Shown: positions 9,346 to 17,767 of the stretch, piece after piece
Layout of the letters: the number at the start of each line of letters is the position of its first letter
Position numbering within the stretch: the stretch's first letter is position 1
From: an archaeon
GTDB lineage: Archaea > Nanobdellota > Nanobdellia > WJKC01
Assembly (NCBI GenBank): GCA_014729335.1
Contig: WJKC01000057.1
Coordinates: 1-34,022, forward strand
DNA: 34,022 bases
Direction: 5' to 3'
The notes under the pieces: model-generated
What the model saw: only the letters and a program-made list of their open reading frames with translations
Databases searched by the model: none
What the model was told of the DNA's origin: nothing
Program-made: the position numbers and the translations under genes

Positions 9346-9504
9346 ATGAGCGAGAATTGCATCTCATGCAGTAAGAATATTAGTTCAATTGACAACAGCG
9401 TTATCTTTGACTGCCCTGAGTGCGGCGAGGCAATTGTTAGGTGCGGCGAGTGCCGGCGCCAAGGAATTAATTATAAATGCAAGTGCGGTTTCAAGGGGTG
9501 GTGA
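9346..9504 (+). CDS. DUF1610-type double zinc-ribbon small protein
   Basis: Not in ORF track. MSENCISCSKNISSIDNSVIFDCPECGEAIVRCGECRRQGINYKCKCGFKGW; four Cys pairs; typical position upstream of aEF-1beta. Confidence 0.92.
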   Translation: MSENCISCSKNISSIDNSVIFDCPECGEAIVRCGECRRQGINYKCKCGFKGW

Positions 9505-9507
9505 GGG

Positions 9508-9771
9508 TTGTCCAACGTTATCATGACCATTAGGGTAATGCCAAAAGGTTTAGAAGTGAATCTTGACAAGTTAAAGAAAAAGATTATTGAAAAATTAAAA
9601 GAAGTTGTTGAAGGAGAAGTTGGCTTTAAAAAACAACCAATCGCTTTCGGCCTTAACGCTCTTGACTTAACACTAATAGTGCCAGAGGACAAGGGGTCAC
9701 TGGTTGAAGAGACATTATCAGGTATAAAGGGCGTCCAGACAGTGAATGTTCAGAGCGTCAGCCTAGTCTAA
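9508..9771 (+). CDS. ef1b: Translation elongation factor aEF-1beta
   Basis: IRVMP...PIAFGLNAL...VEE.LS.IKGVQ motifs; TTG start with GGTGAGG SD-like sequence. Confidence 0.93.
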   Translation: MSNVIMTIRVMPKGLEVNLDKLKKKIIEKLKEVVEGEVGFKKQPIAFGLNALDLTLIVPEDKGSLVEETLSGIKGVQTVNVQSVSLV

Positions 9772-10129
9772 GAATAACTGCTTTACTATCAGGGAATATT
9801 CCCTCCTTCTTGCAGATTTTTTTAAAACCATAATCTTCCAGCATCCCTATCCGCTCCTCATCACCCTCCTTCTCAATAACTGCTAGCGGTTCCCCTGCCC
9901 GCCTGATTATTGACTTTAGTATCAGTGAGTGCTCTGGCCTGAGATGCCAGTGGGTTAACTCATTAATACCAGCTAACCGTCTGACTATGACAAAGCCCTT
10001 AACCCCGTTATCCTCAACAACAATGGTTGTTAAAGCATTCTTTAAAACTGTTTCAAGCACGTTCCGGCTGACACCGCTTAAAGCGCTGATAACTGTTAAG
10101 TCACCAGTCCTGAGCTCGCGCGTTATCAT
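9758..10129 (-). CDS. Degenerate GNAT/RimI-like protein
   Basis: N-terminal R.L..GDL, V.EDNGVKGF, C-terminal YGFKK; lacks the R/QxxGxG acetyl-CoA loop. Confidence 0.6.
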   Translation of the reverse strand: MITRELRTGDLTVISALSGVSRNVLETVLKNALTTIVVEDNGVKGFVIVRRLAGINELTHWHLRPEHSLILKSIIRRAGEPLAVIEKEGDEERIGMLEDYGFKKICKKEGIFPDSKAVILRLG

Positions 10130-10165
10130 AAATACTTATAACCGCGAAGAGGTTATAAATTATTC

Positions 10166-11062
10166 GTGTTAAAACGAGTGGTGAGGGATATTGAGACCTT
10201 GAAGATTCAAGGCGCATCTAACGTGGCGCGCGCCGGTCTGAAAGCACTGGACCACGTTGTGAGGCGGTCAATGGCTGATTCAAAAAAGGAGTTAGTTAAA
10301 GAGTTAAAAGCTGCCAGCAAGAAACTGGTTAACGCCCGGGAGACCGAGCCAATGCTCCGGAACGCTGTCAGGTACATCTTTTGGAAGGTTGCTGATATTA
10401 GTGTTGATAATTATAAAGCCAAGACCCGTGAGATAATTAACGGGTTATACGGCACGGTTAATGACGCTAAGAAGAAAGTGTTTGAGATAGGGGCTAACGT
10501 TATCAAGGACAGCGACCGAGTCTTAACTCACTGTCATTCGAGCAGCGTCATGGGCATTATCAAAGCAGCCAAGCCCCGAGAGGTTATCTGCACTGAGTCA
10601 AGACCCAAGTACCAAGGCAGGCTGACTGCTAAGGAGCTAGTGAAGAAGGGTATTAAGACCACCATGATTGTTGACAGCTCAGTGGCTAATCACGTCAGGA
10701 GTGTTGACGCGGTACTGATTGGCTGCGACGCCATCACCCCTAACAAGGTGATTAATAAGATTGGCTCTTACGGTATTAGCCTCTTATGCGAGAAGTACGA
10801 TGTCCCATTATACGTCTGCTCCACAAGTTATAAGTTTGACCCTGAATCAATTATTGGCAAGGGAGTGGTGGTTGAGCAGCGAAGCCCCAAGGAGGTCTGG
10901 CGCTTCCCGCCCAAGGGCTTGAAGATTCTAAACCCTGCTTTTGACTTTGTTGACTATGATAACATTTATTCCTTCATTAACGAGCTGGGATTATTCAGCC
11001 CTGACTCGCTTTTCATCACGTTGAAGGATAGTTATGAATGGATGTTTGAGAAGGTCAGGTAA
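10166..11062 (+). CDS. e2b2: Ribose-1,5-bisphosphate isomerase (eIF2B alpha/beta/delta family)
   Basis: KIQGA, RETEP.LRN, THCHSS (catalytic Cys), TESRP..QG, GCDAI (catalytic Asp), NKIGS, NPAFD; adjacent to AMP phosphorylase. Confidence 0.92.
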   Translation: MLKRVVRDIETLKIQGASNVARAGLKALDHVVRRSMADSKKELVKELKAASKKLVNARETEPMLRNAVRYIFWKVADISVDNYKAKTREIINGLYGTVNDAKKKVFEIGANVIKDSDRVLTHCHSSSVMGIIKAAKPREVICTESRPKYQGRLTAKELVKKGIKTTMIVDSSVANHVRSVDAVLIGCDAITPNKVINKIGSYGISLLCEKYDVPLYVCSTSYKFDPESIIGKGVVVEQRSPKEVWRFPPKGLKILNPAFDFVDYDNIYSFINELGLFSPDSLFITLKDSYEWMFEKVR

Positions 11063-11095
11063 AGATTATTAAGCATTCATTCTATCCTTTTACTC

Positions 11096-12583
11096 ATGCG
11101 TTTCAAGGTTAAGAAACTAAACATTTCCGGCGGCAGCCACTTAATAGTGGTTATGAACGAGGTGACTGCCGGGCTGGAGGGCGTCCACGCAAGCAGCAGG
11201 GTTAAGTTATCTAATCATAAGAAGAGCATTATCAGCGTTGTTGACATAGCTGACAAGGAAGTGTTAGGGAGGTACGAGCTCGGATTATTCGACGAGGTGG
11301 TTGAAGCCCTTGGGGTTAAAGCCGGCGACGAGATAGAGGTTAACCCCGTGTCCCAGCCCCCGAGCGTTAATTACATTAAGAAGAAGCTTGACGGCTTAGA
11401 ATTAAGGCCTAACGAGATTAAGGAGATTATCGGCGACGTGGTTAGCAATGAATTATCACAAGTTGAGATGAGCGCGTTCGTCACCGCCACTTACACCCGC
11501 GAGTTAACAATGGATGAGACTTACCACTTAACCAAGAGCGTTATTGAGACAGGTCACAAGGTTAGTTTTGGCAAAGGGATTATTGCTGACAAGCACTGCG
11601 TTGGCGGCATCTCAGGCAACCGGACCACCCTTATCATTATACCAATCATTGCCAGTCTTGGTTTAAAGATTCCTAAGACCAGCAGCCGAAGCATCACCAG
11701 CCCGGCTGGCACGGCTGACACCATGGAAGTGTTAGCCCCTGTCGAGTTGTCATTAAAAAAGATTAAGAAGGTGGTTAAGAAAGCAGGCGGCTGTGTTGTC
11801 TGGGGCGGGGCTATGAACCTGGCAGCAGCTGATGACAAGCTTATCAGCGTCCGCCACCCATTAGCTCTTGACCCGTTGGGTTTAATGCTTGCCAGCATAA
11901 TGGCTAAGAAGAAAGCAGCTGGCAGCACTCACGTCATAATTGATATACCATTGGGCAAGGGAGCTAAGACTAAGAGTATTGGCGAGGCCAAGTACCTGGG
12001 CAGGCAGTTTGAAGAGCTTGGTCAGCGACTAGGTATGAAGATTAAGGTCTTAATAACTGACGGCAACAAGCCTATTGGCAAGGGCATTGGACCGGTTTTA
12101 GAGGCTCGTGACGTGTTATGGATACTTGAGCGCGACTCCAGGGGGCCGGTTGACCTTCGTGAGAAGAGTTTGTACCTGGCAGGCGAGTTGTTGGAGTTAA
12201 CCGGTAAGGCTAACCCTGGCGAGGGTCTGGGCATGGCTACCCGGGCGCTTGACAGCGGCGCGGCTTTAAAGAAGTTTAAGGAGATTATCAAGCTTCAAGG
12301 AGGCAAGCCTGTCTCGCCTGATAAGTTAGAACCAGGCAAGCACTCGTTTGAAGTGAAGGCGCCTAGGGGCGGTATTATTAGGTTAATTAATGATGACTTG
12401 ATTTCAAGGATTGCCCGCAGGGCTGGGGCGCCGGTTGATAAAGGCGCCGGCATCTATTTGTATAAGAACGTTGATGACTACGTTGAGAAAGAGGGCGTGG
12501 TGATGACCATCTACGCTGAGAATAAGCGTTTGCTTAAAGAAGCCAGCAAGTTAGTGTCAGAGGACTTATTTAAGATTAAGTAG
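11096..12583 (+). CDS. deoA: AMP phosphorylase (thymidine phosphorylase family)
   Basis: DKHCVGG.SGNRTT, IPKTSSRSITSPAGTADTMEVL, WGGAMNLAAADD, GAP.DKGAGI; extra N-terminal domain typical of AMP phosphorylase. Confidence 0.95.
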   Translation: MRFKVKKLNISGGSHLIVVMNEVTAGLEGVHASSRVKLSNHKKSIISVVDIADKEVLGRYELGLFDEVVEALGVKAGDEIEVNPVSQPPSVNYIKKKLDGLELRPNEIKEIIGDVVSNELSQVEMSAFVTATYTRELTMDETYHLTKSVIETGHKVSFGKGIIADKHCVGGISGNRTTLIIIPIIASLGLKIPKTSSRSITSPAGTADTMEVLAPVELSLKKIKKVVKKAGGCVVWGGAMNLAAADDKLISVRHPLALDPLGLMLASIMAKKKAAGSTHVIIDIPLGKGAKTKSIGEAKYLGRQFEELGQRLGMKIKVLITDGNKPIGKGIGPVLEARDVLWILERDSRGPVDLREKSLYLAGELLELTGKANPGEGLGMATRALDSGAALKKFKEIIKLQGGKPVSPDKLEPGKHSFEVKAPRGGIIRLINDDLISRIARRAGAPVDKGAGIYLYKNVDDYVEKEGVVMTIYAENKRLLKEASKLVSEDLFKIK

Positions 12584-12988
12584 GAAGTCCATGACTTTTT
12601 GATGCAGTGAAGTTGCAAAGTAATCTTTTACTTCCTCAGGCTTAACCCATTTAATCTCAGTGAACTTCTCACCAGCCCTCTCCTCACCACTAGTTGCTGT
12701 GCAGTAATAATAGATTGATAAGAACTCCCTTTTCTCAGGGTAAGTCTTGGCAAACACTATCTTATCAACCCTTACTTCCAGCCCAGTCTTCTTTTTAATC
12801 TCTAGTTTCAAGTAGTCTTCCACTTCTTGTTCATAGCCTGGCCTGCCCCCGGGAAAACACCAAGTTAATTCTTTTATGTAAGGGTCTTTTTCCCGCCTGC
12901 CAATAAGCACCTTCTTAGTCTCAGGGTTATAGATTATCCCTAAAGCATTAACAAGGAATACTCCTCTGTTAAATTCACTCCAGTTCAT
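12566..12988 (-). CDS. NUDIX-fold protein with altered Nudix box
   Basis: VLIGRR, WCFPGG, box GGRPGYEQEVEDYLKLEIKKKTGL, E.KWV. Confidence 0.85.
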   Translation of the reverse strand: MNWSEFNRGVFLVNALGIIYNPETKKVLIGRREKDPYIKELTWCFPGGRPGYEQEVEDYLKLEIKKKTGLEVRVDKIVFAKTYPEKREFLSIYYYCTATSGEERAGEKFTEIKWVKPEEVKDYFATSLHQKVMDFLLNLK

Positions 12989-13042
12989 TAATTAATTATA
13001 AGCAGGTAAACTTTTTAAATGGTTATTAATTTTCTGTTTCTC

Positions 13043-13297
13043 ATGGGTCGGATTAGGACTGTGGAGATCAGGAGCATAACTGATAAAATATTAGGTAAAT
13101 ACAGCTTGGATTCATTCTCTGACAAGTTCAGGGATAACAAGGAGCGGCTTAAGTCACTAGCCGAGGAGTTCCCGAGCAAGAAGGTTCTTAACCGGGTGGC
13201 CGGCAATATCACCCGATTGTTTAAAGATAAGCGCGCTGAGATGAAAGAATTATTAGAAGGCGGTCCTCAAGAGATTGAAGATGAATCTTTATCCTAA
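13043..13297 (+). CDS. rps17e: 30S ribosomal protein S17e
   Basis: MGRIRT..I, F..NK, SKKVLNRVAGNIT; ATG at 13043. Confidence 0.92.
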   Translation: MGRIRTVEIRSITDKILGKYSLDSFSDKFRDNKERLKSLAEEFPSKKVLNRVAGNITRLFKDKRAEMKELLEGGPQEIEDESLS

Positions 13298-13407
13298 CAC
13301 TCGCTGAATGGTTTGTCCTAAAACTTATAAACACTGCTTGTTATTACTGAAAACATGACTAGCTATCAACGTGATGGTCCCTGGTAGAATAGTTAGTCTT
13401 ACTAAGA

Positions 13408-13620
13408 GTGATTTACCCTGGTTTTATTCTTAACTGCCTAGTTGACTTTATCGGCTCCACTCAGTACCGGGCTGTTAAGGAGATTTCAAGAAGACACGAC
13501 CTTGCAACTTCAACTATTAAGTACGTTTTTCGTAAACTAGTAGCTCAGGGTTTAATTTTTTATGACAGCGCCATCACGTTCACTCTTAAAGGAATGAGGG
13601 AGGTGTTATGTGATGAGTGA
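13408..13620 (+). CDS. Small winged-helix DNA-binding protein (start uncertain)
   Basis: KEISRRHDLATSTIKYVFRKLVAQGLI...FTLKG wHTH pattern. Confidence 0.65.
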   Translation: MIYPGFILNCLVDFIGSTQYRAVKEISRRHDLATSTIKYVFRKLVAQGLIFYDSAITFTLKGMREVLCDE

Positions 13621-13993
13621 AGAAGTTGCTGAGTTCCTGAAAGAGTTCTACCCCGGTCTTTATGGTAAGATGGCTTCAGAGGCTTTTATCAGAGAACCAG
13701 CTAAGTATAATACAAAGGTCTTAGGCAGGCAAGTGGTTAAGGGAGTTATGTGCTATGAGGATACCAGCTTCAACGATGTTAGTATCAAGTTATTAGCAGG
13801 CGACTTGCAGTCTCTCAGGCGGTTAATTGAGCCGGTGAAGCCCTGCCGGTTGTCAATCAAGGTGCCTGAGTCATTAAGTGATTACGTTAATAACTTATCA
13901 ACTATTGGCTTTAAATTAATTGCTAAGGATTACAGTAACAGCCTGAACGAATATTTATTAGTGCTGAGCTACTCAGGTGATACTCATGGCTGA
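13613..13993 (+). CDS. Hypothetical protein, possible degenerate GNAT fold
   Basis: GGAGGTG SD upstream; C-terminal LSTIGFKLI pattern. Confidence 0.6.
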   Translation: MSEEVAEFLKEFYPGLYGKMASEAFIREPAKYNTKVLGRQVVKGVMCYEDTSFNDVSIKLLAGDLQSLRRLIEPVKPCRLSIKVPESLSDYVNNLSTIGFKLIAKDYSNSLNEYLLVLSYSGDTHG

Positions 13994-14066
13994 TAATGTT
14001 ATTGACGCTTTTGGCACCGAAGGGGCTTTGCCCCTCTCGACACCCCTTAGAGGTGGTGTTAAGTGA
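13986..14066 (+). other. 26-codon mini-ORF made of a duplicated trpS 5' end plus hairpin insert, coupled to the trpS start
   Basis: AGGTGA SD, ATG at 13986, MADNVIDAFGTEGALPLSTPLRGGVK*; its TGA overlaps the trpS GTG (GTGA). Confidence 0.6.
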
Positions 14067-14098
14067 CTGAGGGTAATGTTATTGACGCTTTTGGCACC
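13994..14098. repeat. 25-bp exact direct repeat flanking a 55-bp hairpin-containing insert
   Basis: TAATGTTATTGACGCTTTTGGCACC at 13994-14018 and 14074-14098; insert contains AGGGGC-TTT-GCCCCT. Confidence 0.92.
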
Positions 14099-15136
14099 AG
14101 CGAGATTCGTGATTATGACAAGTTATTCAGGGAGTTCGGGGTTGAGGACTTCACCAAGCTGGATGCGCCTGACCCATTAACTACCATGCGGCGCGGCATA
14201 GTGTTCGGCCACCGGGATTTGAAGCCGGTGTTAAAAGCCATGAAGAAAGGAGAGAAGTTCGCGGTTATGAGCGGCATCAAGCCGTCTAATTACTTTCATA
14301 TTGGGTCTAAGATGGTGGTTGACGAGATAGTTTATTTTCAGAATCACGGCGGCTTAGTTTATTACACCTTTGCTGATGTTGAGACACTCGCTGATAACGG
14401 CTTATCATTCAAGGAGTCAAGAGAGTACGCCAGGGACAACCTATTAGACTTAGCTGCTCTTGGTCTTGACCTGGATAAGGCTAAGATCTACCTGCAGTCA
14501 GAGGAGCCGACAGTCCTGAAACAAGCTCACGTCTACGCCCGTAACGTTACTAATAACATGCTAGAGGCAATCTACGGCGAGCACCCTGTGAGGATTTACA
14601 TGGCAGTCCTTGTGCAAGTAGCTGACATACTATTACCCCAATTGGAGCACGGACCAATGCCTGTGGTGGTGCCAGTGGGTTTTGACCAGGACCCTCACAT
14701 AAGATTGACGCGCGACATCGCAAGGAAGCATAAGTTAATGCCGCCTGCTTCAACTTATCATAAGTTCATCTGCTCATTACTAGGAGTGGAGAGGAAGATG
14801 AGCAAACGGGAGCCTCAGGGAGTGATATACCTTAACGAGGACCCTAAAAAAGCTCGTAAGAAGATAATGAAGTACGCTTACAGCGGGGGCAAGCCGACTG
14901 TTGAAGAGCACCGGGAAAAAGGCGGCGACCCAAGCGTTGACGTTTCATACCAGTACCTCACTTACTTGATGAGTGATGATGAGAAGTTGAAGAAGATACG
15001 GAGGGATTATGAGAGAGGTGACTTACTCAGCGGCGACTTGAAAAAGATACTGGCAGACCATGTTGAGGAGTTCTTAATAAACCATCAGAAGAAGCGTGAG
15101 AAGGCAGGGAAGAAGGTTGATAAAATACTAGCTTAG
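14063..15136 (+). CDS. trpS: Tryptophan--tRNA ligase (archaeal type)
   Basis: RRG..FGHRD, SGIKPS..FHIGS (HIGH), Q.ADIL.PQ, VPVG.DQDPHIRLTRD, KMSK, AYSGG. Confidence 0.96.
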   Translation: MTEGNVIDAFGTSEIRDYDKLFREFGVEDFTKLDAPDPLTTMRRGIVFGHRDLKPVLKAMKKGEKFAVMSGIKPSNYFHIGSKMVVDEIVYFQNHGGLVYYTFADVETLADNGLSFKESREYARDNLLDLAALGLDLDKAKIYLQSEEPTVLKQAHVYARNVTNNMLEAIYGEHPVRIYMAVLVQVADILLPQLEHGPMPVVVPVGFDQDPHIRLTRDIARKHKLMPPASTYHKFICSLLGVERKMSKREPQGVIYLNEDPKKARKKIMKYAYSGGKPTVEEHREKGGDPSVDVSYQYLTYLMSDDEKLKKIRRDYERGDLLSGDLKKILADHVEEFLINHQKKREKAGKKVDKILA

Positions 15137-16303
15137 TATCTTATCTCTTATTTTTTCAACACTCCGTCTTAATTTATCCTCTTTAACCCCCAGGGTGTTC
15201 TCACCGCCGCGTATCACTTCCTTTCCTTTAACGTAGACGCTTTTAATTGCGTTAACATTCATTAATTTAGCTAGCAACTCGCTCACGGTCTTGAAAGGCT
15301 TTAACTCTTTTAAATCTATTAGTGAGAAGCTCGCATCCATTCCCGGCGCTAACTGCTGATGCGTCAGGCAGTAGGCTTGTTCAATAGTGATGCCTGTCTT
15401 CTTATGAGACTCCCACGCCTCTTTTAACACCGAGGCGCTAGGGTTCCATGCAAAGATGTCAGTTCCAATCCTGACTTGGACATTATTCCTTAACATGTCT
15501 TTTATTGGAGCCTGATTGCCTGTTATTGAGTGGTTGCTCGTGGGGCAGTGAAGCACTGGCACGTCGTGCCGGCTTAGTCTTAGAACATCCTTTGAGTCAG
15601 CGTAGGTGCAGTGAGCTAGCCTTACGTCATGGTCCAGCATCCCAATATCATGTAAGTACTCAATAGTCCGCTTGCCGGTTAATTCCTTCATGTGCCTTAC
15701 CTCTTCCATTGTCTCGCAAGCGTGCATGTGGATTGGCAGTTCATGCTCCCTGGCAAACGCGAGCCCGTCCCTCATTAACTGAGGCGTGCACTCATACTCG
15801 TTAGCCAGTCCTAGTATTATCCTCTTTCCGTACTCCTTCTTTAGTTTTAATGTCTTGTTTAATTGTTTCTTAGGGTTGCCTGCCTCTTTATGAGCGTCCT
15901 TGACTGCTATGCACTCAGTATAACTCATCCCTGTTTTTTTAAAGGCTTTAATCACCGGCTCAGGGTCCATGTCCATCGCGTCCACGTGAGTCACCCCGTT
16001 CTTCAGGTACTCAAGGCAGGCTAGCATTGATGACTTGTAAGCATCACTCTTTGTTCTCTTCTTATGCATCTTGAAGCCAATTGAGTCAAAATAGTCATAT
16101 TTATTCATGCCAAGAGCTGTCCCCTTCATCAGCCTGCTTGCCAGGTGGGCGTGGGCGTTTCTTAAGCCCGGCACTAATAATAAGCCTGAACCGTTAAACC
16201 CGCTTGTTAAACCCTTTTTAATGTAAAGGATTTTATCCTCAAAGTATAAGTCCCGCTTAACTAGTCTGCCTTTAACTAGTAGTGTTAGGTTGTTGATTAT
16301 CAT
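15128..16303 (-). CDS. Amidohydrolase-family metal-dependent deaminase (MTA/SAH deaminase, SsnA-like)
   Basis: PGL.NAHAH, HMHACE, LAHC, HCPTSN, IGTD metal-ligand motifs. Confidence 0.88.
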   Translation of the reverse strand: MIINNLTLLVKGRLVKRDLYFEDKILYIKKGLTSGFNGSGLLLVPGLRNAHAHLASRLMKGTALGMNKYDYFDSIGFKMHKKRTKSDAYKSSMLACLEYLKNGVTHVDAMDMDPEPVIKAFKKTGMSYTECIAVKDAHKEAGNPKKQLNKTLKLKKEYGKRIILGLANEYECTPQLMRDGLAFAREHELPIHMHACETMEEVRHMKELTGKRTIEYLHDIGMLDHDVRLAHCTYADSKDVLRLSRHDVPVLHCPTSNHSITGNQAPIKDMLRNNVQVRIGTDIFAWNPSASVLKEAWESHKKTGITIEQAYCLTHQQLAPGMDASFSLIDLKELKPFKTVSELLAKLMNVNAIKSVYVKGKEVIRGGENTLGVKEDKLRRSVEKIRDKILS

Positions 16304-16345
16304 TTCTTAGTAATGTTTTTAACGCTGCTAGTCCTTATTAGAGTT

Positions 16346-16579
16346 ATGAAGTTAAAGGACTTCTGCCTCTGGGCTAAGACGCCTGGAATGCAGGTTAACA
16401 TGTCAGTGTTATTAATGGTTATATCCTTCTCAGGTTTTATTTACACTTACTACGCGTCTCTTTACTGGCCCTTAACCCTTTCATCGCCGATAATGGGCAC
16501 TTTCCTAGCACTAGGATTATTCTACCTTGGCTATACCTTAATCCTGTCTTACTTCATGATAAAGAATTATTATTTTTGA
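16346..16579 (+). CDS. Small two-TM membrane protein
   Basis: Two hydrophobic stretches; ATG at 16346 about 25 nt after TTTTTAA. Confidence 0.6.
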   Translation: MKLKDFCLWAKTPGMQVNMSVLLMVISFSGFIYTYYASLYWPLTLSSPIMGTFLALGLFYLGYTLILSYFMIKNYYF

Positions 16580-16791
16580 ATAACGTAGGACTCGCCTTGA
16601 TGGTAGTACTTAATCTCTCTGATTTTATTATTGCTGATGATAGTGAATTCATCAGGCACCCGGCTGATTAAGTAGTGTTTTGGGCTGAAAAAATCCCTCT
16701 CAACCCCTTTGAACTCAACTTTCCCCTCTATTTCAAGTATAACATTATCTAAACCCTTGAAATCATCCTTTTTAAGAGTGATGTTATTCAT
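16570..16791 (-). CDS. Small hypothetical protein
   Basis: 73-aa ORF directly downstream of nucS. Confidence 0.6.
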   Translation of the reverse strand: MNNITLKKDDFKGLDNVILEIEGKVEFKGVERDFFSPKHYLISRVPDEFTIISNNKIREIKYYHQGESYVIQK

Positions 16792-16804
16792 ATTAGATGA
16801 TTAA

Positions 16805-17572
16805 TTAGGAGTTGCTCTTTAAGTACTTTTTTAGTTTTTGCTGCCGGCTCTTATCAACTATATTTCTGTTTGGCGGCTCCACACGAGCAAACTTGTAACC
16901 CCAGTCCTTTAGCATTCCCTCAGCGTTCTTGCTCATGCCAGGAGCCGCGATGTAGCCAACAACTTTTTTTACTCCTTTAACTTTTTTTATTTTCTCAACG
17001 TACCGCCTTAGCTGCTGCACTGCGTTCAACCCGGCGGTCACTCGCTTGCACTCAATTATTACCAGTGTTCCCTTGCCGTTATGACCCATCACGTCAATGA
17101 ACCCGTACTTTGTCTGCTCTTCAAGACTCACCGGCTTGAAGTCATCACTGATAAGGTACGGCTTCTCATAAATCATTCGAGCCATATCAGCCTCGCTCCC
17201 AACAATTGACACCTCCTCAGCATCGCTTAGCTCGGCTGAGACTAACAGGTTAACTTTTGAGATGTTAATCATCATGTGCTCGCGAGGGTTAATGGATTCA
17301 GCAGTGATTACTAACGCGTCACCAGTTTTGAATTTAATACTCGCCCCTTCCTTAATCCAGTTAATAGGGTTCCTGCCAGTGGGCTTATGAACCAGCAGGG
17401 TATTGTCCTGCTTGATTGTCACTACGCGCTCACCCCGCTCCAGTTTAGAGTAAGCCCTTCCCTCGTACTTGACCATGCACTCGCAGTACAAAGTGATTAA
17501 TTCCCGGCGCCTTAACGCGTGCTCTAACACGTTCTTGGCTGTTTCAAAATCAGGTTCAACATGACTTCTCAT
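16805..17572 (-). CDS. nucS: Endonuclease NucS/EndoMS
   Basis: C.V.YEGRA.S.L..GER..IKQD..LLVH...P.NW, GSEADM, GFID, IECKR, AVQQLRRYV, C-terminal PIP-like QQKLKKY. Confidence 0.95.
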   Translation of the reverse strand: MRSHVEPDFETAKNVLEHALRRRELITLYCECMVKYEGRAYSKLERGERVVTIKQDNTLLVHKPTGRNPINWIKEGASIKFKTGDALVITAESINPREHMMINISKVNLLVSAELSDAEEVSIVGSEADMARMIYEKPYLISDDFKPVSLEEQTKYGFIDVMGHNGKGTLVIIECKRVTAGLNAVQQLRRYVEKIKKVKGVKKVVGYIAAPGMSKNAEGMLKDWGYKFARVEPPNRNIVDKSRQQKLKKYLKSNS

Positions 17573-17767
17573 ATTAAGGTTAAATTATTATTAACTTGTT
17601 AATAATTCTTCTTCAAAACAGGAACCCTTTATTTCCTCTGGAGTTGTTCTGGAAGGCTTTTCTGAGCCTCCTAAAAAGGTTTAATTATTTTCAATATAGA
17701 AAAGAATTGAGTGTTTTTGTTTCCTTTAGAAACCTTTATTAACTCTTATTGGCAATTAATCTTTGAT
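17573..17767. promoter_or_regulatory. Candidate replication origin: ORB-like box with AT-rich flanks, between divergent promoters
   Basis: Minus strand 17643-17625 reads CTCCAGAGGAAATAAAGGG (ORB-like with G-string); weaker copy TTCTAAAGGAAACAAAA at about 17731-17715; AT-rich tracts at 17573-17610 and 17673-17710. Confidence 0.55.

Noticed and set aside
10166-11062. Translation factor aIF-2B or methylthioribose-1-phosphate isomerase
   Set aside because: THCHSS/ESRP motifs and adjacency to AMP phosphorylase favour R15P isomerase.
13986-14066. Classical Trp attenuator peptide or TGA read-through into trpS
   Set aside because: No Trp codon in the leader, its TGA is out of frame with trpS, and TGA serves as a normal stop elsewhere in the window.
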